Position numbers and translations under genes: made by a program. From the IMG/VR virus record IMGVR_UViG_2690316321_000006: a stretch of 35,177 bases of DNA; one strand, 5' to 3'. Source of the stretch: a virus. Lineage: Duplodnaviria > Heunggongvirae > Uroviricota > Caudoviricetes. This document shows positions 1 to 8,430 of the stretch, one piece after another (position 1 is the stretch's first letter; each line of letters opens with the position of its first letter). Under the pieces are notes generated by a model. The model saw only the letters and a list, made by a program, of their open reading frames with translations. It searched no databases and was not told where the DNA came from.

Positions 1-516
1 ATGAAATTTAAAAAATGTCTTCTGCCTGTGGCAATGTTAGCGTCATTCACTCTGGCAGGATGCCAGTCAAATGCTGATGATCATGCCGCCGATGTTTATC
101 AAACCGATCAACTGAATACCAAACAAGAAACTAAAACCGTTAATATTATTTCCATTCTTCCCGCAAAAGTTGCCGTAGACAACGCCCAAAATAAACGGAA
201 CGCACAAGCCTTCGGCGCGCTTATTGGCGCTGTCGCTGGCGGTGTTATCGGCCACAACGTCGGGTCTGGCAGCAATTCCGGAACGACGGCAGGTGCAGTT
301 GGCGGCGGAGCTGTTGGCGCAGCAGCGGGTTCTATGGTGAATGATAAAACCTTAGTGGAAGGTGTTTCTTTAACATATAAGGAAGGCACCAAAGTGTATA
401 CCTCCACCCAGGTGGGTAAAGAGTGCCAGTTTACGACAGGTTTAGCCGTTGTTATTACCACGACGTATAACGAAACGCGTATTCAGCCAAATACCAAATG
501 TCCTGAAAAGAGCTAA
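1..516 (+). CDS. Outer-membrane lipoprotein with glycine-zipper segment (YcfJ / 17-kDa-antigen-like)
   Basis: ATG at 1; signal peptide with lipobox LAGC; Gly/Ala-rich zipper (GALIGAVAGGVIGHNVG); ordinary GC; probably host flank, possibly a moron. Confidence 0.6.
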   Translation: MKFKKCLLPVAMLASFTLAGCQSNADDHAADVYQTDQLNTKQETKTVNIISILPAKVAVDNAQNKRNAQAFGALIGAVAGGVIGHNVGSGSNSGTTAGAVGGGAVGAAAGSMVNDKTLVEGVSLTYKEGTKVYTSTQVGKECQFTTGLAVVITTTYNETRIQPNTKCPEKS

Positions 517-531
517 TAATCAGGAGGAGTC

Positions 532-1071
532 ATGAAGAAAGTTTTTCTTTGCGCCATCTTAGCCTCCTTAAGCTATCCGGCTATCGCCTCATCATTGCAG
601 GATCAACTCTCGGCTGTCGCAGAAGCGGAACAGCAAGGTAAAAATGAAGAGCAAAGGCAGCATGACGAATGGGTCGCGGAGCGCAACAGGGAAATCCAGC
701 AAGAGAAGCAACGTCGCGCAAATGCCCAGGCCGCCGCTAACAAAAGAGCGGCAACGGCAGCAGCAAATAAGAAAGCTCGTCAGGATAAACTAGACGCCGA
801 AGCCACTGCGGACAAAAAACGCGATCAAAGTTATGAAGATGAGCTACGCAGCTTAGAGATTCAGAAACAAAAACTGGCGCTGGCGAAAGAAGAAGCCCGC
901 GTTAAGCGAGAAAACGAATTTATCGATCAGGAACTGAAGCACAAAGCTGCGCAAACCGATGTGGTGCAATCTGAAGCTGACGCAAACAGAAATATGACTG
1001 AAGGCGGTCGCGATCTGATGAAAAGCGTGGGTAAAGCAGAAGAGAACAAATCGGACAGCTGGTTTAACTAA
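532..1071 (+). CDS. Secreted charged coiled-coil protein of unknown function
   Basis: ATG at 532 preceded by AGGAGG at 522-527; N-terminal signal peptide (AIASS); K/E/Q/A-rich body; followed by a rho-independent terminator. Confidence 0.55.
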   Translation: MKKVFLCAILASLSYPAIASSLQDQLSAVAEAEQQGKNEEQRQHDEWVAERNREIQQEKQRRANAQAAANKRAATAAANKKARQDKLDAEATADKKRDQSYEDELRSLEIQKQKLALAKEEARVKRENEFIDQELKHKAAQTDVVQSEADANRNMTEGGRDLMKSVGKAEENKSDSWFN

Positions 1072-1115
1072 GCGATGTCAGTAACTTCAAGCCTATGATT
1101 CGTGAGTATAAAAAA

Positions 1116-1142
1116 CCCTCTGTAGTAACAGAGGGTTTTGTT
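1116..1142 (+). terminator. Rho-independent terminator after the 532-1071 gene
   Basis: Stem ccctctg / cagaggg with 6-nt loop, followed by ttttgtt. Confidence 0.6.
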
Positions 1143-1407
1143 CATTCATAGTGCAGAGTCAAATCATTCCCACTCGATTATATACAATCACTTTAATTAC
1201 TTGATTTTAATAGTCTAAATTGAGACACGCTACCCAATTTACCGTCAATTTTACCGTCCACAGAAGAAAGTAACCCAACGGCAACGAGTTATCACTACCG
1301 GGCATATTAACATGCTGGCCAGTGGAAGAATGGGAAGTAAATAGCTGGCAAACATAATGACTGCTTTTTAACCTCTCTATATATACCAAAGTCCGTGGGG
1401 GCTTCGG

Positions 1408-1690
1408 AAAAAGGTAACCTTAGTAACCTGCAACGAAAAATCAAAATAACTTAATGAATAAAAAGGATTTTTCAAAAACAGAGAAAGGTAATCTTTTGGT
1501 AACCAAAGAGTAATCAGGTTACCTTTTATAATAGTGATCTCTTCTAATTGGTAACGTTATGATTTATATGAAAATATAAAACAGGTTACCTTTTGGGTTA
1601 CCTCAGATTACCTTTTAGGGGTAACTAAATTTCTCTTTTATAAACAATAAAATAAGCATTATTTTTACTGCCAATTACTGAGGTTACCTT
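1408..1690. repeat. Cluster of GGTTACC-TTTT / AAAA-GGTAACC motifs in AT-rich non-coding DNA (candidate integrase arm-type sites or attL region)
   Basis: Copies of GGT(T/A)ACC flanked by T4/A4 at about 1413, 1422, 1488, 1498, 1517, 1584, 1596, 1607, 1619 and 1682, in both orientations; no long ORF. Confidence 0.4.
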
Positions 1691-1877
1691 TTCCCGACAG
1701 GCGATCCAAAAATACCAAAAGGATCGTGGCATTGTCCTCCCGATCGTCTCTGCCGCATACACAGGGCGCATAAATCCGCATGATTCTGCTGCACCTGCAA
1801 CCCGACCACGCCCTCCCGTTATGGCCCGCTCCGACGCTTACGCACCAGTGCAAAAAAAGCGATCTATTTACTGCGCA

Positions 1878-1896
1878 GGCGTGGCGGGGTCACAAC
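1878..1896. other. cos: Putative cos site (cohesive-end sequence) of the P2-like phage
   Basis: GGCGTGGCGGGGTCACAAC resembles the 19-nt cohesive ends recalled for P2 (GGCGAGGCGGGGAAAGCAC) and 186; lies just beyond the end of the portal gene, as in P2. Confidence 0.4.
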
Positions 1897-1942
1897 CGCG
1901 CGCTGGCGGTGCTGGCTGGGGATTCTGGCGGTGAGAAGGCGT

Positions 1943-1964
1943 AAAAAAACCCGCAGGAAGCGGG
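1943..1964 (-). terminator. Rho-independent terminator downstream of Q (minus strand)
   Basis: Minus strand reads cccgc-ttcct-gcggg followed by a T7 run (plus-strand A-tract 1943-1949). Confidence 0.5.
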
Positions 1965-2011
1965 CTGAATGGCGCGTGGTGGCGCTGATGGGGAGCTGGT
2001 CGTTGTTGGGG

Positions 2012-2992
2012 TTACTCTGAATCGTCGTCGGCAAGGCGGTACTTTTTGAAGCGAATAACCTCCAGCCCCAGCCAGTCGTTCAGTTCTTTAAAGCGTTCCT
2101 GCAGCGGCTCGATCTCATTGCAGTTGAATACCTTCGCCGCTTTGATAGCGTCGCCGAAGCCACCGGCGTTACTCGGTACCACGCCCATGAGCGCGGGCGG
2201 TACCCGGTGCGCGGCTAACTGGTCGTCACGGCTGACGCTCTTGATATCGGAGAAGTTATCTTTCGCCGCCACCTCGCCAATCGGGATCACCTTTACGCTG
2301 TCCGGTTTGCCGTTCGGCAGATACATCAGCAGATTGCGGAAGTTGCCGGGGCCACGGCTGTTCGCCAGCGCCTCCTGTAACGCCCCAATATCCGCCTCGT
2401 TATGGGCAGGGTCGCTCAGGTAGAGGATGAAACCGGCATGACTGCCGTTCTTGTAGTAGCGACGGCGAAACAGCGTGGCGGAGTTATCCAGCCATGCCGC
2501 GTTCAGCGCAGAGAGGTATTCAGGCAGGCCGTAGATTTCCTGATTGATATCCGGCTCCAGCAGGTGGCCGATACTGCCCGACGCAAACTCATGATCCACT
2601 TTACCGGGCTGAACAAAGAAATAGCTGTCCAGCGCCTTGCCGCGCCGGACATACTTCGCCAGCGCAGGCACCAGCGTTAACGGCTGGCCCAGCCGGTTAT
2701 CCTGCCGCTCCAGATAGGCATTACCGAACACCAGATAGTCCAGCGCAAGGCGGCTGAACGCCTGCCGGGTCAACAACGGATGAGGTATGAAGGTACCAAC
2801 CAGCACATTGCGCTTCACGCAGATCGGGCTGGTATGATGCGCCGAAGCGCGGAACGACAGCGCCAGCGAATTAAAATCCACCGGCGGCGCATACCATTTG
2901 CCAAAGTCTACGCACTCCAGATAGTTCAGTATTTCCCGCCTGTCCAGCAGGGCTTCGGGTTCACCGAAGGTGAAAGCCATTGCGTTATTCAT
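2012..2992 (-). CDS. Q: Portal protein (P2 gpQ-like)
   Basis: 326-aa ORF, ATG at 2992; position and orientation upstream of the terminase ATPase as in P2; stop/start overlap (ATGA) with P. Confidence 0.85.
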   Translation of the reverse strand: MNNAMAFTFGEPEALLDRREILNYLECVDFGKWYAPPVDFNSLALSFRASAHHTSPICVKRNVLVGTFIPHPLLTRQAFSRLALDYLVFGNAYLERQDNRLGQPLTLVPALAKYVRRGKALDSYFFVQPGKVDHEFASGSIGHLLEPDINQEIYGLPEYLSALNAAWLDNSATLFRRRYYKNGSHAGFILYLSDPAHNEADIGALQEALANSRGPGNFRNLLMYLPNGKPDSVKVIPIGEVAAKDNFSDIKSVSRDDQLAAHRVPPALMGVVPSNAGGFGDAIKAAKVFNCNEIEPLQERFKELNDWLGLEVIRFKKYRLADDDSE

Positions 2993-4773
2993 CCATACAC
3001 CTTAATTAAGCCCCGCCCGCTGTTCGCGCCGCCAGAGCTTTCCAGTGGTTCATTGATAATGGCGTGCATGCACGCCCATGCCAGATCCGCGTGGGAGACT
3101 TCTTCCGAACGGCTGGCCTCGAAGGTCACCTGACGCCCGGACGGGGTCAGGGTTTTGCGGATCGCCATAAATGCCTGCGCCAGATCCGTCCATCCAGCGT
3201 CAAACTCCAGTCGGTGTTTACGGACAACGTCCAGCGTTTTCAGCACCAGACGCTGTTTCACTTCCGGGGAATAAGAGAATGCCTGCACTGCCGGGAAGAA
3301 CTGTTTCACCAGTTGATGCACGCCGTGGCCGATACCGGTCACGTCAATGCCGATGTACGTCACGTTATAGCGCTCGGTAATTTTGCGGATATTCTCCGCC
3401 TGCGCCGCGAAGTCCATCCCGTGCCACTGGTGCTTTTCAATTACCCGAAACTTGCCGCCCTCAATGACCGGCGGCGCGACCACCACGCATCCGGCGCTGT
3501 CGCCGCTTAACGCCGGATCGTAGCCCACCCATACCGAGCGTTCGCCGAGCGGACGCAGGGCAAACGGCTTGTAGTCGTCCCAGACTTCCCAGCTATCGAC
3601 CATGCAACCCTGCAACATGCTGAGCGGGAATACCGATGCGGTATCGTCAATAAACTGGCACATAAACAGGTTGGCGAACTCTTCCGGCGAGTTCTCCAGC
3701 CTGAGTTGCTCAAGGTCGAACAGGTCATAACCCTGATTGATGGCATCCTCAACGGTGACGATTTGCCGCCACTGGCCGTCTTCACACAACCGCCCTGCCG
3801 ACAGCGCCCGATGGCTGATATCCAGTCGAATCTGTTCGCTCTTCGGCCTGCCCTTGTTGAACAGTTGCCCTGTCCAGAACTTATAGGCTTCATGGGTGAT
3901 GCTGGACGGCGTGGAGAAGTAGGTTTGCCGCCAGCGCTTCTGGCTGGCCATCCCCGCCGCGTTACGGCGCAGTTCCAGAAAGCGGTGTATCCAGAAGTAT
4001 TCATCCAGATACAGGTTGCCATGATAGGTCTGGGCGGTGCGGGCATTAGTGCCGAGAAAATACATCCGGCTATCATTATGCGGCAGGTGAATGACTTCGC
4101 CTTTCAGCTCAACATCCGCCTCACGAGCAAAATCGACAATGTACTGGCGGAACTGGTGCGCCTGCGCTTTGGAAGCAGAGAGAAAGATCTGGTTGCGCCC
4201 ACTTTCCACCGCATCCATAAACCCTTCCCGCCCAAAGAACATCGTCGCCCCAATCTGGCGCGACTTGTTGATATCGCGGATACGGTGTTCCAGTCCGGCG
4301 CGGTACCAGTGTTTCTGGTGCGGATACAGCCCGTCCAGAAATAGCTGTTTCAGCTTCTCCGCCTGCTCCTCGCTGATATGGTTGGTTTCCGGCTGTCTGC
4401 GCGGCCCGGCGTTACGCTTCGCAAGAGCAGGATTCAGGTCGACCTCATTGCCTCCCTGCTGATAGCGTTCAACCCTTGCCCCGCGCTCCATCTGCCGCCA
4501 GAGCAAATCGATCTCCTTAAAATCCTTCCCCTCTTTATTTTCCTTCACCGTGAGCTGGATCAGACGCGCCTCGGTCACCGCCGTCACCCGCTCCAGCGGG
4601 GCGGATTCATCCCAGCCGTCGCGCCGCTTCCAGCTATGCAGCGTGGTAACTTTCACCCCCAACAGTTCGGCGATCCGCGCGATGCGAAAACCCTGCCAGT
4701 ACAGATAGCGGGCTTTGCGGCGTGGATCTTCATCCTGAAGGGCAAGCAGATGTTTTTCGATGTCTGGCGGCAT
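2989..4773 (-). CDS. P: Terminase large (ATPase) subunit (P2 gpP-like)
   Basis: 594-aa ORF, ATG at 4773; N-terminus MPPDIEKHLLALQ... typical of P2-family terminase ATPase; divergent from O. Confidence 0.9.
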   Translation of the reverse strand: MPPDIEKHLLALQDEDPRRKARYLYWQGFRIARIAELLGVKVTTLHSWKRRDGWDESAPLERVTAVTEARLIQLTVKENKEGKDFKEIDLLWRQMERGARVERYQQGGNEVDLNPALAKRNAGPRRQPETNHISEEQAEKLKQLFLDGLYPHQKHWYRAGLEHRIRDINKSRQIGATMFFGREGFMDAVESGRNQIFLSASKAQAHQFRQYIVDFAREADVELKGEVIHLPHNDSRMYFLGTNARTAQTYHGNLYLDEYFWIHRFLELRRNAAGMASQKRWRQTYFSTPSSITHEAYKFWTGQLFNKGRPKSEQIRLDISHRALSAGRLCEDGQWRQIVTVEDAINQGYDLFDLEQLRLENSPEEFANLFMCQFIDDTASVFPLSMLQGCMVDSWEVWDDYKPFALRPLGERSVWVGYDPALSGDSAGCVVVAPPVIEGGKFRVIEKHQWHGMDFAAQAENIRKITERYNVTYIGIDVTGIGHGVHQLVKQFFPAVQAFSYSPEVKQRLVLKTLDVVRKHRLEFDAGWTDLAQAFMAIRKTLTPSGRQVTFEASRSEEVSHADLAWACMHAIINEPLESSGGANSGRGLIKVYG

Positions 4774-4830
4774 AACGTCCTCTCGTTTCTGCCGTCAGCG
4801 TAAACAAGCCGCTGCCTGCGCGTAGCAATG

Positions 4831-4863
4831 CCGCTTGTAACCCGGATGATTACAAGCGAAGCC
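4831..4863. promoter_or_regulatory. Late-promoter activator site (Ogr-type dyad) in the divergent P/O control region
   Basis: CCGCTTGTA-N-TTACAAGCGAAGCC; TGT at 4836-4838 and ACA at 4852-4854 separated by 13 nt; centred about 55 nt from plausible start sites on both sides. Confidence 0.55.
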
Positions 4864-4928
4864 CGTTGCCTGATAGCGGAGGACTACCCGACCATTCGCT
4901 TATTTAGCCAACGCCGGGACTGAACGTT

Positions 4929-5756
4929 ATGGACAAAAAGCCAAAGAAAAAACTGCTCTCTAAATGGGTGCGTATCGCCGTAGAAGGCGCAACCTGCGAC
5001 AAGCGCACTATTGAACGCCAGTGGATCGAGCAAATGGCCGATACATACAGCCCAAAAGTGTACGGCGCGCGCATTAATCTGGAGCACCTGAAAGGCATCC
5101 TGCCGGACGGCCCGTTCCAGCGCTACGGCGACGTGGCGATGGTGAAGAAAGAAGAGATCGCCGAAGACGGCCCCCTGAAAGGCAAACTGGCGCTGCTGGC
5201 ACGTCTGGCCCCAACGGATTCATTGGTCGAAATGAACCGCAAAGGGCAGAAGGTTTATACCTCGGTGGAAGTCGATCCGAAATTTGCCGATACAGGCAAA
5301 GCCTATCTGGTCGGGCTGGCAGTCACCGACGATCCGGCCAGTCTCGGCACCGAAATGCTCTCCTTCTGCGCCAGCGCGCAGAGCAACCCGCTGGCGGCGC
5401 GTAAGCGCTCGCCGAAGAACATTTTCAGCGTGGCAGAAGAGATTGAACTGGAGTTTGAAGAAGTGGAGGAAAGCAGCGGCGAATCGCTGTTTACCCGCAT
5501 CAAGGCGCTGTTAAGTAAAAAGCAGAACCACGACGACCAGCAACGGGACGACGTGCATCTGGCGGTGGAGGAAGTAGCGACGTTCTGTAGCGAACAGGTC
5601 GACCAAATTCGCGCTGAGCTGTCTGAACTGCAAACGCAGCATCAGCAGCTACAGGCCGATTATTCCACGCTGAAAACTCAGCTTGCAAAGCAACCGGCCA
5701 CACCATCGCGCCAGCCTGCCACCGGTGGCAACACCGACCTGAAAACCGACTGTTAA
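4929..5756 (+). CDS. O: Capsid scaffolding protein (P2 gpO-like)
   Basis: 275-aa ORF, ATG at 4929; first gene of the rightward head operon; acidic coiled-coil C-terminus. Confidence 0.85.
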   Translation: MDKKPKKKLLSKWVRIAVEGATCDKRTIERQWIEQMADTYSPKVYGARINLEHLKGILPDGPFQRYGDVAMVKKEEIAEDGPLKGKLALLARLAPTDSLVEMNRKGQKVYTSVEVDPKFADTGKAYLVGLAVTDDPASLGTEMLSFCASAQSNPLAARKRSPKNIFSVAEEIELEFEEVEESSGESLFTRIKALLSKKQNHDDQQRDDVHLAVEEVATFCSEQVDQIRAELSELQTQHQQLQADYSTLKTQLAKQPATPSRQPATGGNTDLKTDC

Positions 5757-5766
5757 GGAACCCCCG

Positions 5767-6786
5767 ATGCGTAACGAAACCCGCTTAAAATACAACGCTT
5801 ACGTTGAAACCGTCGCCGGGCTGTCCGGTGTCCAGAGCGCCGCCGTCGAATTCACGGTAGAACCTTCCGTACAGCAGACGCTGGAAACTAAAATTCAGGC
5901 GTCCGTGGAGTTCCTGACCAAAATCAACGTCCATGAAGTGGTGGATCAGGAAGGTGAAAAAGTCGGTATCGGCATTGATCGCCCCACGGCCAGTCGCACC
6001 GATACCAGCCAGCGTGAGCGTGAACCCATCGACCCCACGTCGATGACGACTAATCGTTACCGCTGCGAAAAAACCAACTACGACACCGCGCTGAAATACG
6101 CCAAACTGGACGCATGGGCCGTGCACCCGGATTTTCAGATCCGCGTGCGCGACAGCATCACCCGGCGACAGGGATTAGACCGCATCCTGATTGGCTTCAA
6201 CGGTATCCTCGTTGCCGCCCAGACCGACTTCCAGCGTTACCCCCTTCTACAGGACGTTAACAAGGGCTGGCTGCAACAGTACCGCGACCACGCCCCGGAA
6301 CGCGTCATGAACGAAGGTGTGGAAGGTTCCGGCAAAATCATCATTGGCAAAGGCGGCGACTATGAGAATCTGGACGCCATGGTCAATGACGGCGAAGAAA
6401 ACCTGATTGACGAATGGCACGTCGACGGCGCAGATCTGGTCGCCATTTGTGGCCGTGGCGTCCTGCACGACAAATACTTCCCGATCCTCAACCAGCACAA
6501 TGAAAACAGCGAAAAACTGGCGGGGCAGATTCTGGTCAGCCAGAAAACCATCGGCGGACGCCCTGCCGTGCGCGTGCCGGGTTTCCCGCGCAACACCATT
6601 CTGGTCACCGCCTTCAGCAACCTGTCTATCTATGTCCAGAAAGGCACCCGCCGCCGCGCCATTATTGATAACCCCAAACGTGACCGGGTAGAGAACTTCG
6701 AGTCCTCCAACGATGCATTTGTGGTGGAAGACTTCGGCTGCGGCTGCCTGTTTGAAAACATTAAGTTTGAGGATAAAGACGCATGA
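5767..6786 (+). CDS. N: Major capsid protein (P2 gpN-like)
   Basis: 339-aa ORF immediately after O; size and position match P2 N. Confidence 0.9.
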   Translation: MRNETRLKYNAYVETVAGLSGVQSAAVEFTVEPSVQQTLETKIQASVEFLTKINVHEVVDQEGEKVGIGIDRPTASRTDTSQREREPIDPTSMTTNRYRCEKTNYDTALKYAKLDAWAVHPDFQIRVRDSITRRQGLDRILIGFNGILVAAQTDFQRYPLLQDVNKGWLQQYRDHAPERVMNEGVEGSGKIIIGKGGDYENLDAMVNDGEENLIDEWHVDGADLVAICGRGVLHDKYFPILNQHNENSEKLAGQILVSQKTIGGRPAVRVPGFPRNTILVTAFSNLSIYVQKGTRRRAIIDNPKRDRVENFESSNDAFVVEDFGCGCLFENIKFEDKDA

Positions 6787-7436
6787 TGACGCCTGCCCGC
6801 CGCCACCTGTTGCGCCATCAGGCGCAGGCCGCAAATCAACAGGAAAACCAGACCTACGCCAGCGGCTATGAACTGATGCTGGCAAAGCTGGCAACCGATA
6901 AACGCCGCCTGAAAGCGATCCAGTCCATTGAACGTAAAATCGAGGTTAAGGGTGAACTGCTGCCCGATTACCAGCCGTGGGTAAGCGGCGTTCTGGCCGC
7001 TGACAGCAAGCATCAGGACGATGTGTTTATGACGGTGCTGCTCTGGACGCTGGATACCGGCGACTTTCCCGCTGCCTACCCCATGGCGGAACACGCCCTG
7101 AAACACAGCTGGGTAACGCCGGATCAGTACCAACGGCAGACCGCCTGCATGGTGGCTGAAGAGGTTGCCGACACCGCTCTGAAACAGCTTGCCGCCGGTA
7201 CCTTTGTGGCGCTGGACAGCCTGCTGGCCTTTGCCGGACTGTTAGCCTCCCAAGACATGCCGGATCAGGTTCGCGCCCGCCTGCACAAGGCATTGGGGCT
7301 GGCACACAGCGAAAGCCAGCCGCAGGAGGCGCTGGCGCAGTTCCAGCGCGCGCTACAACTGGATGAGAACGTCGGCGTGAAAAAACTGATTGAGCAACTG
7401 GAGCGACAAATTCGCAACAGTCAGCCTACCGAGTGA
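6783..7436 (+). CDS. M: Terminase small (endonuclease) subunit (P2 gpM-like)
   Basis: 217-aa ORF; ATGA overlap with N stop; P2 gene order. Confidence 0.8.
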   Translation: MMTPARRHLLRHQAQAANQQENQTYASGYELMLAKLATDKRRLKAIQSIERKIEVKGELLPDYQPWVSGVLAADSKHQDDVFMTVLLWTLDTGDFPAAYPMAEHALKHSWVTPDQYQRQTACMVAEEVADTALKQLAAGTFVALDSLLAFAGLLASQDMPDQVRARLHKALGLAHSESQPQEALAQFQRALQLDENVGVKKLIEQLERQIRNSQPTE

Positions 7437-7521
7437 GACCCTCACGACCGGCGGCACGGCTGGCCGCGCGTGGTTATACCACTGCAACGCCCGCCGTCCA
7501 CCGCCGAACAGGGAGAATATA

Positions 7522-7989
7522 ATGAGCTTTATTCAGGTTGCCCCCGCCGCCAGTCTGCCGGGGCTGGTTATCAGCAACCACCCTTTCTTTCCCGATATTG
7601 ATACGCAACATCTGCGTGCGACCCAACGGCTGGACAGCACCGTCACCAACGAACGGCTGCGCGAGGCGCTGCTGATTGCGCTGGCCAGCGTAAACGACGA
7701 CCTGCGGGAATGGCGGCTGGAACAGGAAAACCGTGGCACAACTTGCATTGCGGAAACCACGACCGAACGACTGGACGGCGCAAGCGTTAACCTGCACCGC
7801 TACCGCCACGCGGTGTACAGCCTGACGCACGCAAACCTGCTGGAACGCTACCGTAACTTTGATGCCACCGCCCACGGCAGCAAACTGGTGGAACAAAAGG
7901 AAAGCACCGCCGACGATCTGGCGCGCGATGCCCGCTTCGCAGTGCGGGATATTCTGGGCAAGCCGCGTAGCACGTTTGTTCTGGTATAA
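7522..7989 (+). CDS. L: Head completion/stabilisation protein (P2 gpL-like)
   Basis: ATG at 7522 preceded by GGGAGA; the track ORF from 7390 begins at TTG and overlaps M, so the shorter ATG start is preferred. Confidence 0.8.
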   Translation: MSFIQVAPAASLPGLVISNHPFFPDIDTQHLRATQRLDSTVTNERLREALLIALASVNDDLREWRLEQENRGTTCIAETTTERLDGASVNLHRYRHAVYSLTHANLLERYRNFDATAHGSKLVEQKESTADDLARDARFAVRDILGKPRSTFVLV

Positions 7990-8104
7990 AAAGAGTACGG
8001 ATATGCGATGCGCATCACCGTATCGCCTCATCTGAACGCTGGATGCCCCTTCCCCACCAGAGTTAGTGTCTGACCCAACGAAAGAACTTACAGGGGAAAA
8101 TACC

Positions 8105-8341
8105 ATGACTATTCAGGCAGCCAGAACCCGCCCAATGACCGATACCGCTCGCCGCATCAGAGATACCATAGTTAGCGTCGGCGTTCGCAGCACATGGCCG
8201 CTGCGCGATCTGGCCGACTACGCAGATATAGAAATAGTTAACGCTGAATTTATTGTGACACAGATGGAACTGGCCGGTTATCTGAAGAAAACCCACTGGG
8301 GCCACTATATGTTAACCAGAGCGGGTATTGAGGCGGCATAA
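8105..8341 (+). CDS. Small putative winged-helix regulator (PapI/FaeA-like), accessory
   Basis: ATG at 8105 with AGGGGA upstream (track start 8066 is GTG without RBS); C-terminal ELAGYLKKTHWGHYMLT resembles the PapI/FaeA recognition-helix region; not in the P2 L-X interval. Confidence 0.4.
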   Translation: MTIQAARTRPMTDTARRIRDTIVSVGVRSTWPLRDLADYADIEIVNAEFIVTQMELAGYLKKTHWGHYMLTRAGIEAA

Positions 8342-8377
8342 TGAGTTTGAAGGTAGTGTTTGCCTGATAGCCATAAT

Positions 8378-8400
8378 AGCCCGATTCGTCGGGCTGTTTT
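8378..8400. terminator. Bidirectional hairpin terminator between convergent accessory genes
   Basis: agcccga-ttcg-tcgggct followed by gtttt; separates 8105-8341 (+) from 8431-9084 (-). Confidence 0.55.
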
Positions 8401-8430
8401 CATTTGACGCTGACTTACTCTATTCTACAT

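Noticed and set aside
1207-1389. 60-aa ORF in the AT-rich non-coding region
   Set aside because: No RBS; lies in the repeat/attachment-like region; low-complexity translation.
1140-1400. Search for a tRNA gene or tRNA 3'-end copy marking the attachment site
   Set aside because: No convincing T-arm or CCA-end pattern by eye; the full tRNA target is expected beyond the right end of the window next to the integrase.
1408-1690. Possible CRISPR array, suggested by repeated short motifs
   Set aside because: The repeats are 7-11 bp, irregularly spaced and in both orientations, with no 25-40 bp direct repeats and uniform spacers; not a CRISPR.
2046-2680. ORFs on the plus strand (125 and 92 aa) inside the portal gene
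   Set aside because: Antisense to a well-supported structural gene in GC-rich DNA; no RBS; typical spurious overlapping reading frames.
3064-4803. Several 120-210 aa ORFs (for example 3706-4344 and 3507-4076) overlapping the terminase gene on both strands
   Set aside because: Nested within or antisense to the terminase ATPase gene; high-GC codon-frame artefacts with no independent support.
6247-7133. Minus-strand ORFs of 167-215 aa across the N/M junction
   Set aside because: Antisense to the capsid and small terminase genes; no start-site signals.
7390-7521. Longer versions of L (track start 7390), J (14722), I (15593), FI (20062), U (25037), holin (10323) and Q-side ORFs
   Set aside because: These begin at TTG/GTG or lack an RBS and overlap the preceding gene; downstream ATG starts with Shine-Dalgarno sequences and ATGA or TGATG coupling fit P2 gene sizes better.
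7990-8065. Palindrome gatgcgcatc after L as a possible terminator or regulatory site
   Set aside because: Short GC palindrome without a following T-tract; the clearer terminator is at 8378-8400; insufficient evidence to call a feature.
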